Assembly (NCBI GenBank): GCA_002763225.1
Contig: PFAI01000022.1
Span: 1 to 29,647, forward strand
Reading direction: 5' to 3'
Length of the DNA stretch: 29,647 bases
Origin: Candidatus Diapherotrites archaeon CG10_big_fil_rev_8_21_14_0_10_31_34
Lineage (GTDB): Archaea > Iainarchaeota > Iainarchaeia > Iainarchaeales > 1-14-0-10-31-34
The translations under genes and the position numbers were made by a program. This document shows positions 8,526 to 17,622 of the stretch, one piece after another; the stretch's first letter is position 1, and every line of letters begins with the position of its first letter. Below the pieces are notes generated by a model. That model made no database searches. It was not told the origin of the DNA and saw only the letters and a program-made list of their open reading frames with translations.

Positions 8526-9014
8526 TTATTTTGGCTTTGGATTAAAGTGTTTAACTCCTTTTTTTGTTATTTCAATTCTGTGAAAAAATTTCTTTTTTAT
8601 TAACTCTTTTTTTTTCAGTTCTTTAACCATTTGCCTGCCTTTAGATGAAAGAACATCATAATTGAATTCAGTAAAACCTTTTTTTTCAATTAAATATTTT
8701 ATCAGTTTTTTTGCAGGAGAAATTCCTTTTTGTTTTCTGTAAACCACTGCATCACGTGGATTCTGCCACAGATAATTAATAAAACAATTTTTTTTGCTGG
8801 GATTAAATGAAACAAATGCAATCAACTGGTTTTCTTTTAGTATTGCCCTGAATTTTAGTTTTTTAAATGTGTCAATCATGCTTGAATTAAGCAGTTTTTT
8901 TGTTCTTGAAATATTAACTTTCTTTTTTTCAAATCCCCAGCTTGTTTCTAATTCTTTTTTAATTCGTTCAGGAAGTTCTTTATAGGATTCAATTACCTTG
9001 TATTCTTTTTCCAT
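8526..9014 (-). CDS. Basic hypothetical protein, possibly a degenerate GNAT fold
   Basis: 162-aa ORF; LIAFVSF…FINYLWQNP…YRKQKG…KLIKYL loosely resembles the GNAT beta-strands and motif A. Confidence 0.6.
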   Translation of the reverse strand: MEKEYKVIESYKELPERIKKELETSWGFEKKKVNISRTKKLLNSSMIDTFKKLKFRAILKENQLIAFVSFNPSKKNCFINYLWQNPRDAVVYRKQKGISPAKKLIKYLIEKKGFTEFNYDVLSSKGRQMVKELKKKELIKKKFFHRIEITKKGVKHFNPKPK

Positions 9015-9139
9015 AAAAGAGTAGTGTTTTCTTTCTTTAAATATTTTTCACACATTCCCTGTTTTTTCTCTAAAACAAACTTTTTTATAGAAGAAAAACA
9101 ATATTTATGTTATTTCATTTATAGAGGAGGTAAAAAATT

Positions 9140-9340
9140 ATGTTAGGACAAAAAGGTATTCCAGGTGAACTGCCAAAATATTCAGTTTTTTCAATTATTC
9201 CTTTGTTGATATTGATTTTGTCAGTATTATGGTTTTTGGATGAAGCAAAAATAATTAACACTAATATTCCCTGGCTTCCGGTTATCTTTATGATAATTTC
9301 TGTTGGCTGGATTTTGTATTCAGGACACAAAAACATGTGA
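9140..9340 (+). CDS. Small two-TM membrane protein
   Basis: 66 aa, two hydrophobic segments, strong GAGGAGG RBS upstream. Confidence 0.75.
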   Translation: MLGQKGIPGELPKYSVFSIIPLLILILSVLWFLDEAKIINTNIPWLPVIFMIISVGWILYSGHKNM

Positions 9341-9512
9341 ATAAAATTTAATTTCTTTTTTTTCTTTTTAGCTATTAATAGCTTTATTTTTTTATTTTTC
9401 CACAATCATTTTGTTTTGTTATTATATTTCAAAGTTATTAGTAAATTTCTCTTTTTTTGTCATCTATAATTACACTCAAAAACCTGTTTTTGATTTTTGG
9501 CTTAAATTAAAC

Positions 9513-10007
9513 CTATCTGATTTTTGGTGCTTTTGGGCGAAATAACCTTGTTCTTCTGTGAGTTAAATAAAACTGAGGAGGAATTTTTTTTTTGCCTTTC
9601 AAATAATACAATGAAGCAACTTGAATGCTTCCTGCATTTACTCCTCTGTTCATTAAAGTTTTTCTTGCTAATTCAATTGTTTTACCTGAACTAATACTAT
9701 TATCTACAATTAAAACTCTTTGACCTTTAAGTGAACTACTTTCACTTTTAATTACTTTAGGCTGTTGAAACAATTTAATTACTTCAGCTAAAGCTTTAGG
9801 AGTTCTTCCTTCTCTTTTTTTCTTTGAAATAGACCTGTTAATTATAATGCTTTCAACTTTAATTCCTAATTCTCTTGAAATTACTTCTGCAACAGGCACT
9901 CCACTTTTTTCAATAGCTAAAATTAAGTCAGGCTTAAATCTGCTTGCTTTAATTTTTTTAGCTAAAGCTTTAGCATATTCTTCTTTTTTTTCCCAGTTTT
10001 CTGCCAT
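9513..10007 (-). CDS. Type I phosphoribosyltransferase-fold protein
   Basis: PDLILAIEKSGVPVA and PRPP-loop-like RVLIVDNSISSGKT. Confidence 0.8.
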   Translation of the reverse strand: MAENWEKKEEYAKALAKKIKASRFKPDLILAIEKSGVPVAEVISRELGIKVESIIINRSISKKKREGRTPKALAEVIKLFQQPKVIKSESSSLKGQRVLIVDNSISSGKTIELARKTLMNRGVNAGSIQVASLYYLKGKKKIPPQFYLTHRRTRLFRPKAPKIR

Positions 10008-10067
10008 AATATAATTACATTCAAAATCATATTTTAGGTTAATGGTTTTAGAAAAAGAAGGATTGCA

Positions 10068-10086
10068 GTGCTATCACAGATAGCAC
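10068..10086. repeat. Perfect 8-bp inverted repeat downstream of the tRNA (terminator or operator)
   Basis: GTGCTATC-ACA-GATAGCAC. Confidence 0.5.
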
Positions 10087-10093
10087 GCTTTGG

Positions 10094-10125
10094 TTTTTGA
10101 TACAACTTTTTTTGAAAAAGTTGTT
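10094..10125 (-). repeat. Copy of a dispersed palindromic intergenic repeat
   Basis: Minus strand AACAACTTTTTCAAAAAAAGTTGTATCAAAA, nearly identical to 21903-21931. Confidence 0.75.
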
Positions 10126-10127
10126 AA

Positions 10128-10202
10128 TGCTCCGACCGGGATTCGAACCCGGGTCTACGGCTTGAAAGGCCATTATGCTTGGCCGGGCTACACTATCGGA
10201 GC
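10128..10202 (-). tRNA. tRNA-Glu (anticodon UUC), no intron, CCA not encoded
   Basis: GCTCCGA/TCGGAGC acceptor stem, anticodon arm ATGGC-CTTTCAA-GCCGT, T arm CCGGG-TTCGAAT-CCCGG. Confidence 0.97.
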
Positions 10203-10402
10203 ATAACAACTGCTTTGGTCAGTTACTATTACGCAAATTCACTTGCGTTTAGTCCCTCTTAAGGGGTTAAACTGCGGTTAATAACTCTCAAACAGTTTTT
10301 ATAAAGTTTTAGTTTAAGAATTATTATAAATTAAAGCAGTTATCTATTTGGATATACTATTGTTTTTAAATTTAATGAACACAAAAAAAGAGGTTATAAA
10401 AA

Positions 10403-10570
10403 ATGGCTAGATTCAAAGAAGCAGATGCAAGACTATTTGCAAACATTTGGATTTGCATGAAATGCAATGCAAGAAACAAATCAACTCCAGGGAAAAGACC
10501 AGTTAAATGCAGGAAATGTAATTCAAAAGGTTTAAGACTAAAAAAGAAAGCTATTAAAAAAACTGGGTAA
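10403..10570 (+). CDS. rpl40e: 50S ribosomal protein L40e (not in the ORF track)
   Basis: [25 protein letters not shown]…[15 protein letters not shown], 55 aa, two CxxC motifs; GAGGT RBS. Confidence 0.95.
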   Translation: MARFKEADARLFANIWICMKCNARNKSTPGKRPVKCRKCNSKGLRLKKKAIKKTG

Positions 10571-10571
10571 A

Positions 10572-11393
10572 ATGAGTTTAATTGAATTCATTAAAATAAT
10601 CAGGCCGATTGACTGCATAATTGCAGCCATAGGCGTATTTATTGGTTATTCACTTTCAATTGAAGGAATTATTTTAACTCAAACATTAGCTTATGCAATG
10701 CTGGCAGTGTTTTTTATTTGTGCGGGAGGCCAGACAATAAATGATTTCTTTGATTTTGAAATAGATAAACTGACCTATAAAGACAAGCCAGTAGTTAGAG
10801 GATTAATTTCAAAACAAACTGCATTAATTTATTCAATAACTTTATTTGTAATAGGAATAATTTTTTCTTTTTTTATTAGTCAATTAGCTTTAATTACAGC
10901 AATTTTTTTTGCCTTGCTTTTAATTGCTTATTCTGCTTTAATGAAAAAAATCAAGTACTTTGGAAACTTTGTTGTATCTTTTAGTGTAGCATTTACAATC
11001 TTATTTGGAGCAATTATTTCAATGAATTTTTTTCTCCCGTTTATTTTGTTTGTTTCAGCGTTTTTTGCTAACACTGCAAGAGAAATAATAAAAGACTTGG
11101 AAGATTTGGGTTCAGAACAAGGAATCAAAATTACTTTGCCTCAATTAATTCCAATTAAAGCAATTTTTGTTTTAGTTGGATTATTTTATTTGCTTTCAAT
11201 TCTAATTGGATTTTATCCTTTTTTTATTGGAAGATTTAATTCTATTGCATATCTTTTGCTGATGGCTTTTGCCGTAATTTTCTTTATATTAAGTTTAATT
11301 GAAATGCAAAAAGGAGATTATACCTGCGCACAAAATCATTCAAAAAGAGGAATGTTTCTTGGATTAATTGCTTTTTTGTTTGGGATTTTGTAA
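10572..11393 (+). CDS. UbiA-family prenyltransferase, probable digeranylgeranylglyceryl phosphate synthase
   Basis: IIRP, NDFFDFEID, GN, AREIIKDLED motifs; multi-TM. Confidence 0.85.
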   Translation: MSLIEFIKIIRPIDCIIAAIGVFIGYSLSIEGIILTQTLAYAMLAVFFICAGGQTINDFFDFEIDKLTYKDKPVVRGLISKQTALIYSITLFVIGIIFSFFISQLALITAIFFALLLIAYSALMKKIKYFGNFVVSFSVAFTILFGAIISMNFFLPFILFVSAFFANTAREIIKDLEDLGSEQGIKITLPQLIPIKAIFVLVGLFYLLSILIGFYPFFIGRFNSIAYLLLMAFAVIFFILSLIEMQKGDYTCAQNHSKRGMFLGLIAFLFGIL

Positions 11394-11402
11394 AGTGATT
11401 GA

Positions 11403-12353
11403 ATGCGTGAAATGCTGTTAATGAAAGCAATTTCTTTTCTGAAAACACAGGGATTTAATGTAAGCACTTTTATGGAAACAAATTCTTGTTTTGATTTAGT
11501 TGCAAACCGTTCTGATTTGAAATTAGTTGTGAAAGTGTATTCAAATATTGATGGCTTTAGAAAAGAACAAGCAGAAGAACTTCAAAAAATAGCTAAAGCA
11601 TTTGAAGCAATAATATTAATTATTGGAGAAAAAACCAAAGCTTTTACTCTAAAAAAAGGAATTGTGTATGAAAGGCATTTAATTCCTGCAATGACCTTTA
11701 CTACTTTTGTTTCAATTTTTGATACAGTTGTTCCTTCAGTGAAATACTTTAAAGGAAAATCAATTGTTGGATTAGACTCAGATAAATTAAGAGAAAAAAG
11801 AGATGAATTTGATTTAACTTTAGAGGAACTGGCAAAAAAAACTGGAATAACAAAAGAATCTTTGTATAGATTAGAACACGGTTTTAATACAAGCATTGAA
11901 ACAGCAAAAAAACTGGAAAAATTACTGAAAGCAGATTTGATTTTAGAAAAAAACCTGTTAGATGATTTTGTTCAAACAAGAAAACAAACTTTTTCAGAAA
12001 AGTTTGATCAAAAGGAAAAAGTTTTTGACGAAAAATTTGATGATGCTTCGTTAGAAAAAATTCATTCTCTTGGATTAGATGTAATTGAATTCAAGCACGC
12101 TCCATTCAAAGCTTTTGGAACAAAAAAAGAATTTTTATTAATAGATAAAGGAAAAGAAAAATCAGATTTAACAAAAAAGGCTTTAGTATTAGAAAAAACT
12201 AAGGCAGTATTTGATTCTCATTCATTGATTTTAACCAAAAAATTTAATTTAGAGAAAATTTCTTCTACTACAATAATGCAGGAAGAAGAATTAGATTCTT
12301 ATTCAAAGGCAAACGATTTAATGAAAGAAATAAAGAAAAGAGAAAAAAAATAA
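11403..12353 (+). CDS. Archaeal XRE-HTH transcriptional regulator (COG1395-like)
   Basis: SCFDLVA…KVYSNID N-domain, LREKR…LTLEELAKKTGITKESLYRLE HTH, APF motif. Confidence 0.85.
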   Translation: MREMLLMKAISFLKTQGFNVSTFMETNSCFDLVANRSDLKLVVKVYSNIDGFRKEQAEELQKIAKAFEAIILIIGEKTKAFTLKKGIVYERHLIPAMTFTTFVSIFDTVVPSVKYFKGKSIVGLDSDKLREKRDEFDLTLEELAKKTGITKESLYRLEHGFNTSIETAKKLEKLLKADLILEKNLLDDFVQTRKQTFSEKFDQKEKVFDEKFDDASLEKIHSLGLDVIEFKHAPFKAFGTKKEFLLIDKGKEKSDLTKKALVLEKTKAVFDSHSLILTKKFNLEKISSTTIMQEEELDSYSKANDLMKEIKKREKK

Positions 12354-12447
12354 AAAACATAATTAACTAGGTTTTTGGATTTAATGATTTAAAACCTTTG
12401 GTTAAACTATTATTTAAAAAAAAATAAATTTATTATGCTGTGAGAAA

Positions 12448-14100
12448 ATGAATGACTCAAAAATTTTATTGGTTTTTCCTCCTGTTTGGTCGCCTGCTTT
12501 TGTTCCTTTAGGCATTCCCGCTCTTAAAGCTTTTCTGGAAAAACAAGGGATTAATGTTGAACAAAGAGATTTAAATGTTGGTTTTTGGGAACAATTTACC
12601 GGAGACAAAAATCTTGAATGCATTTATTCTAATATGAAAAAATATTTAATTCAAAAACAACCAAAAAAAAATTTGTTGAAACAAGAAATTATTTTTTATT
12701 TATATGTTAAGTCCGTTCAAAAAAATTCTTTTGAAGAATTTAAAGAAAAAGTTTTAACTAAAAAAATTAATCAGACTGACTTTATGCAGTTATGCAGAAA
12801 ATTCAGTAGTTATTACACTGAACCCCCTGTTGAAATAGAGAAATCTTCTTTAGTGTACCATGATAGACTTTTTAGGGGCATTTCAGAAAGTTATTACAGT
12901 CTTTCCAGCAGTAAATTAGTGGAACACTGTAAAAGCAAATCAAACAAGTTCAGAAAATATTTCAGAGAACTTATTAATCATGATTTAAACAAATTTGATT
13001 TTTCTGTAATAGGAATTTCAGTAATTGGAGCCAATCAAGTTGTTCCTGCTTTTACTTTAGCTTCTTTGTTGAAAGAAAAGTTTCCAGAAACGCATATTAC
13101 TATTGGAGGCCCTTGGTGCAGTCATTTATATGATGTTATTCCCGAAAAAAAAGAATTTTTTGATTTAGTTGACAGCATTGTTTTTTTTGAAGGAGAAAAT
13201 GCTTTAACACAAATTTCTAAAAGTGTTTTAGAAAACAGGTCTTTGGATGGAATTCCAAACATTGCTTTTAGAAAAGGAGAAAAAATAATCAGAAATGAAA
13301 TTGTTTGCACTCAAAATCTTGATGAAATTCCTACTCCGGATTTTAATGGTCTTTTGCTTGAAAAATATCAATACGGCAGTATTCTGCCTTTGCAGACTTC
13401 AAGAGGGTGTTTTTGGGGAAAATGTATTTTTTGTTCTTATCCTTTTCTTGAACCAAACTATAAGGAAAGAAAAATTGAATTAGTTGTTGATGATATAAAA
13501 AAATTGAAAGAAAAATATAAGGTAAATCGAGTTTCTTTTGTTGATTCTTCAGTAAAGATTTCAAGACTTGAAGAACTTGCAAAAGTTTTAATTGAATCAA
13601 AAATTGACGTTAAATACTCTTGTTTAGTAAGGTTTGATAAAAGGATTATCCCTCTTTTGGGTTTGTTAAAACAATCAGGCTGTCTACAATTGGTTTTTGG
13701 ATTAGAGTCTGCTAGCCCAAGAATGTTAAAACTCATAAATAAAGGAATAAATTTAGAGGATGCAAAAAAAATATTAAAAGAAACAAAAAAAGTCGGAATC
13801 AAAAACCAAATTTGTTTAATGTATGATTTGCCGACAGAAACAATTGATGATACAGCGAAAACACTGGATTTTTTAAGGGAAAACATAGAAACTATTGATT
13901 CTTTTATTTACTCTAAATTTGGTCCTGAAAAACATACTTTAGTTGAACAACAACAAGAGCAACTTGGAATCAAATTTGAAAAAAATCCAGAATTTGACTT
14001 GGATCTTGGCTATGTATTTAAATCTGATACAATGACAAAAAAAGAACTGGAAAGAATTGAAAAAGAGTTTTATGAATTATTATTATGGTGTAAAAAATGA
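12448..14100 (+). CDS. Cobalamin-binding-domain radical SAM protein
   Basis: LLVFPP…PLGI..LKAFL N-terminus, IGGP, FEGE, QTSRGCFWGKCIFC (CxxxCxxC), FGLES. Confidence 0.9.
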   Translation: MNDSKILLVFPPVWSPAFVPLGIPALKAFLEKQGINVEQRDLNVGFWEQFTGDKNLECIYSNMKKYLIQKQPKKNLLKQEIIFYLYVKSVQKNSFEEFKEKVLTKKINQTDFMQLCRKFSSYYTEPPVEIEKSSLVYHDRLFRGISESYYSLSSSKLVEHCKSKSNKFRKYFRELINHDLNKFDFSVIGISVIGANQVVPAFTLASLLKEKFPETHITIGGPWCSHLYDVIPEKKEFFDLVDSIVFFEGENALTQISKSVLENRSLDGIPNIAFRKGEKIIRNEIVCTQNLDEIPTPDFNGLLLEKYQYGSILPLQTSRGCFWGKCIFCSYPFLEPNYKERKIELVVDDIKKLKEKYKVNRVSFVDSSVKISRLEELAKVLIESKIDVKYSCLVRFDKRIIPLLGLLKQSGCLQLVFGLESASPRMLKLINKGINLEDAKKILKETKKVGIKNQICLMYDLPTETIDDTAKTLDFLRENIETIDSFIYSKFGPEKHTLVEQQQEQLGIKFEKNPEFDLDLGYVFKSDTMTKKELERIEKEFYELLLWCKK

Positions 14101-14627
14101 AAATCGTAAAATATTTTTTAAGCATTCTTTTTTGTAATGCATTTCGTTTGCTGAAATTTATTCCAAATAATGATCCTATTATGGGTTGCCTTTTGCCTTA
14201 TTCAAGACAGGATAAATGGTGGGCTTCAGCATTATTTGCGTTTATTACAATGGTTTCATTTGATTTAATTACTGGAATGGTTGGAATATGGACTTTGGTT
14301 ACTGCTTTAACTTATGCAGGATTAGGGATTTTATTTCACCAGATTTACAAAAATAAAAAGAAAATTAATTTGAAAACTTATTTGGGCTCAGGAATTTTAG
14401 GAGTATTAATTTTTGATTTTATTACTGGTCCGATAATGTCTTCCTGGATGTTCCAAATGCCTTTTGAGACAGCTTTTATTGGTCAAATTCCTTTTACTTT
14501 ACTGCATTTAGCTAGTGTTGGTATATTTATCATAATTTTAACTCCTTTGTTGGATTTGCATTTAATTAATTCAAAACAAATGGAAGACCATAAAGTCTGG
14601 CAAAAAGTCTTAACTTTTGTAAAGTAA
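14097..14627 (+). CDS. Membrane protein resembling an ECF transporter S component (CbrT/BtuM-like)
   Basis: 176 aa, about 5-6 TM; RLLKFIPNNDPI loop resembles the PNxxP loop of cobalamin S components; ATGA overlap with the radical SAM gene. Confidence 0.6.
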   Translation: MKIVKYFLSILFCNAFRLLKFIPNNDPIMGCLLPYSRQDKWWASALFAFITMVSFDLITGMVGIWTLVTALTYAGLGILFHQIYKNKKKINLKTYLGSGILGVLIFDFITGPIMSSWMFQMPFETAFIGQIPFTLLHLASVGIFIIILTPLLDLHLINSKQMEDHKVWQKVLTFVK

Positions 14628-14662
14628 ACCTAAAAAACATTTTCATCATTAATTAAATTGAA

Positions 14663-15316
14663 ATGACTGAATTTGAATTAGAAAGAAAAAAGCTTGTAAT
14701 GCATTTAACTGACACAAGGGCAATTAAAACAAAAAATTTAGAGCAGGCTTTTTTGGAAGTAAAACGAGAAGACTTTTTTGAAGAATCAATGAAATCAAAT
14801 GCTTATTCTGATAATGCTTTTTCAATTGGTTTTGGTCAGACAATTTCCCAGCCATACACTATTGCAGTAATGTTGGAAATGCTTAAAGCAGAAAAAGGAA
14901 TGACTGTATTGGATGTTGGTTCTGGTTCAGGTTATACTTCTTGTCTGCTTTCAGAGTTACTTGGAAAAAAAGGAAAAGTAACTGCAGTTGAATTAGTAAA
15001 AGAATTATTTGAAAAAGCAAAAGAAAACCCTGAAATCAAAAAAAGAAAAAACATTGAATTAATTCAGGCAGATGCAGTAAAAAATGATTTTGGAAAAGAA
15101 AAGTTTGACAGAATTCTTGTTTCTGCTGCCTGTCCTTTTCTCCCAAAACATTTATTTGATTCATTAAAAGAAAAAGGAATTGCTGTTGCGCCGGTTGGAG
15201 ACAATTTTTCTCAGAGAATTCAGTCAATCACAAAAATTCAGGGAAAGTCGTTTAAAAAAGATTTTTTGGAAGGCTTTTTTGTTTTTGTTCCTTTAAGAGG
15301 AAGCTTTCAGCAATAA
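14663..15316 (+). CDS. pcm: Protein-L-isoaspartate O-methyltransferase
   Basis: V.REDF, AY.D, IGFGQTISQP, VLDVGSGSGY, FDRILVSAA, FVFVPL. Confidence 0.95.
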   Translation: MTEFELERKKLVMHLTDTRAIKTKNLEQAFLEVKREDFFEESMKSNAYSDNAFSIGFGQTISQPYTIAVMLEMLKAEKGMTVLDVGSGSGYTSCLLSELLGKKGKVTAVELVKELFEKAKENPEIKKRKNIELIQADAVKNDFGKEKFDRILVSAACPFLPKHLFDSLKEKGIAVAPVGDNFSQRIQSITKIQGKSFKKDFLEGFFVFVPLRGSFQQ

Positions 15317-15511
15317 CAAAAACTTTTTAAACAAAAATTTTTCATCAAAAAAATTGCAGAAACAAACTTTTTTTTATCAAAAAACAAACTTTTAATTATT
15401 TTTTTCCTCGTTAATTGATTAAAAAAATTTTTTTTGAAAAAAAAGAAAAGAATAAATACTAGAACCGTGTTTTTATATTTGAATTATTTTTTAATTCGGG
15501 GGGCTATTAAT

Positions 15512-15559
15512 ATGGCTAAAAAGAAAGCTAAAAAAAAAGCAGTAAAAAAGAAAAAATAA
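15512..15559 (+). CDS. 15-aa Lys/Ala micro-protein MAKKKAKKKAVKKKK
   Basis: ATG GCT AAA AAG AAA GCT AAA AAA AAA GCA GTA AAA AAG AAA AAA TAA; GGGGGG RBS-like run at 15498-15503 and TTTTATAT box near 15471. Confidence 0.55.
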   Translation: MAKKKAKKKAVKKKK

Positions 15560-15597
15560 ATAAACTTTAATTAAAAAAAAGAAAAGAGGTCAGGAAA

Positions 15598-16914
15598 TTA
15601 ATTCCTGATTTTCTTTTCAATTTCTTTTTCTATTTCCCCTTCATTGATTTCTTCTAAATCATATCTTACTCTGATAATTTTTTTATTTGTTTTAACTATT
15701 TTGCTTAAATCAATCGGTGTTCCGGATAAAACCAAATCACATTCAGTTGCATTAATAGTGTCTTCTAAATCTTTGATTTGTTTTTCTCCGTAACCCATTG
15801 CCGGAAGCACTTTTTTTAAGTGAGGATATTTTTCAAATGTTTTTTTGATTGATTCAACTGCGAAAGGTTTTGGGTCAACAATATCTGCTCCTTGTTCTTC
15901 TGCCACAACTGTTGCTGCTCCTGTATCCATTCCTCCGTGAGTTACTGTCGGACCATCTTCTACTACTAAAACTTTTTTGCCTTTTAAGTCAACTTCTTTT
16001 TCCATTGTTAATTTTGAATTACATTCAATTATTGTTGCACTTGGATTCCATTTTCTGATGTTTTCTTTTAATTTTTCTACATTTTCTTTTTTTGCTGTAT
16101 TAACTTTGTTTATTATTACTGCGTCTGCCCTCAAAAAGTTTGCCATTCCAGGATGATAAGCTAATTCATGTCCTGTTCTAAAAGGGTCAGCTACAACAAA
16201 CAATAAATCTGTTTTATAAAAACTGAATTCATTGTTTCCTCCGTCCCACAAAATAATATCTGCTTCTTTTTCTGCTTTTTTTAGTATTGCGCCATAATCT
16301 ACTCCTGCATACAAAATATTTCCTTTTTCTATATGAGGTTCAAATTCTTCCATTTCTTCTATAGTGCATTTGTTTTTTATCATGTCTTTGTATTTTGCAA
16401 ACCTCATTACTTTTTGTTCAATCAAGTTCCCGTAAGGCATTGGTTCTCTGATTACAACAAATTTTTTTCCTAATTTTTTCAGTATTTCTGCAATATATCT
16501 TGTTGTCTGACTTTTACCGCACCCAGTCCTTACAGCATTAACTGCTATTACAGGCTTGCTTGATTTTAACTGCATTGCATTAGGTCCTAATAATTGAAAT
16601 GATGCTCCTGCACCCAAAACTTTTGATGCTCTTTCCATTACATAAGGAAAAGGCAAATCAGAATAAGATAAAAAAACCAAATCAATGTTATTTTCTTTTA
16701 TTAGTTCAACTAATTTTGCTTCCGGCTGAATTGGAATTCCTTCTGGATACATTTTTCCAGCCAATTCTTTTGGGTAAGTTCTGTTGTCAATTCCAGGAAT
16801 TTGTTCTGCAGTAAAACACACTACTTCAAATTCTTTGTTGTTTCTAAAATATGAATTAAAGTCATGAAAGTCTCTTCCTGCGGCTCCCATAATAATTACT
16901 TTCTTTTTTTCCAT
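15598..16914 (-). CDS. P-loop NTPase of the COG2403 family (cyclic 2,3-diphosphoglycerate synthetase-like / arginine synthetase-like)
   Basis: IMGAAGRDFHDFN, FTAEQIP, AVRTGCGKS, PMPYG, EEMEEFE, WDGGNN, VEDGPTVTHG, LPAMGYG. Confidence 0.85.
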   Translation of the reverse strand: MEKKKVIIMGAAGRDFHDFNSYFRNNKEFEVVCFTAEQIPGIDNRTYPKELAGKMYPEGIPIQPEAKLVELIKENNIDLVFLSYSDLPFPYVMERASKVLGAGASFQLLGPNAMQLKSSKPVIAVNAVRTGCGKSQTTRYIAEILKKLGKKFVVIREPMPYGNLIEQKVMRFAKYKDMIKNKCTIEEMEEFEPHIEKGNILYAGVDYGAILKKAEKEADIILWDGGNNEFSFYKTDLLFVVADPFRTGHELAYHPGMANFLRADAVIINKVNTAKKENVEKLKENIRKWNPSATIIECNSKLTMEKEVDLKGKKVLVVEDGPTVTHGGMDTGAATVVAEEQGADIVDPKPFAVESIKKTFEKYPHLKKVLPAMGYGEKQIKDLEDTINATECDLVLSGTPIDLSKIVKTNKKIIRVRYDLEEINEGEIEKEIEKKIRN

Positions 16915-17005
16915 TTAATCCCCCCTATTTTTAGTATAATAAAACACACTATTCTTTTATTTCTAATCTTTTAGTTAAAAAAATTATATAGTAAAAAAAG
17001 TTTTT

Positions 17006-17620
17006 TTATTTTTCCCAGATTTCTTTTTTGTCTTTTCCTGTTTTATGCAGTTCAACTTCTTCCATTAATTTTTCTCTTTCACTTTTTTTTCTTTTATCTG
17101 AAAAAAACGGGTTAATCATAAAAATAATCAAAGCCAAAACTATGTCTAATGCCATTATGAAAATAAAAAAGCCGTATTGCATTAAAACAAAGTAACCTAA
17201 TAACAGGAGTCTCAGCAAAACTAAAGTTGAACCAAACCTAAACCCCCAGTATTTTCTTTTATATAAACCAAAACCTAATACTGCTGAAAACAAAGTAAAA
17301 ATAAATAAAACTAAAAACTGAATAAATAGTTCTCCGGGCTTAAGAAAATCAAATTCAGGAAACAATAAAAAAAAGTAAAACAATTCAATTAAAGCAGTTA
17401 GAAACAAAAGTATTCCTGCAATTCTTACAGCTAAAGGATTAACTTCTTCACCGTTTTCTTCTGTTTCTTCAGCATTTCCTGTTTCCCTGTTTACTTCTTC
17501 TAATAACCTTAAAGGATAACCTGATAGTTCAAGGAATTTAATGATTTTTCTTTCATCCATTCCTTGTTTTTTCTTTAATCTAATCAATTTTTTTATTGCT
17601 TTTAAATCTATTTCATCCAT
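17006..17620 (-). CDS. Hypothetical membrane protein, about 4 TM with a soluble N-terminal domain
   Basis: 204-aa ORF starting 2 nt after the upstream stop, hydrophobic segments. Confidence 0.8.
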   Translation of the reverse strand: MDEIDLKAIKKLIRLKKKQGMDERKIIKFLELSGYPLRLLEEVNRETGNAEETEENGEEVNPLAVRIAGILLFLTALIELFYFFLLFPEFDFLKPGELFIQFLVLFIFTLFSAVLGFGLYKRKYWGFRFGSTLVLLRLLLLGYFVLMQYGFFIFIMALDIVLALIIFMINPFFSDKRKKSEREKLMEEVELHKTGKDKKEIWEK

Positions 17621-17622
17621 TT

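Noticed and set aside
7884..10127. Integrated element at the tRNA-Glu 3' end
   Set aside because: No integrase and no duplicated tRNA 3' end seen in the window
10203..10345. Possible ncRNA upstream of tRNA-Glu (ACGCAA/TTGCGT hairpin; AACTGCTTT…AAAGCAGTT inverted pair)
   Set aside because: Short stems could be chance or promoter elements; no recognisable RNA family
12448..15559. RiPP cluster made of radical SAM, Pcm and the 15-aa peptide
   Set aside because: Pcm looks like the ordinary repair enzyme, the peptide has no Asp/Asn or leader, and no protease or exporter is present
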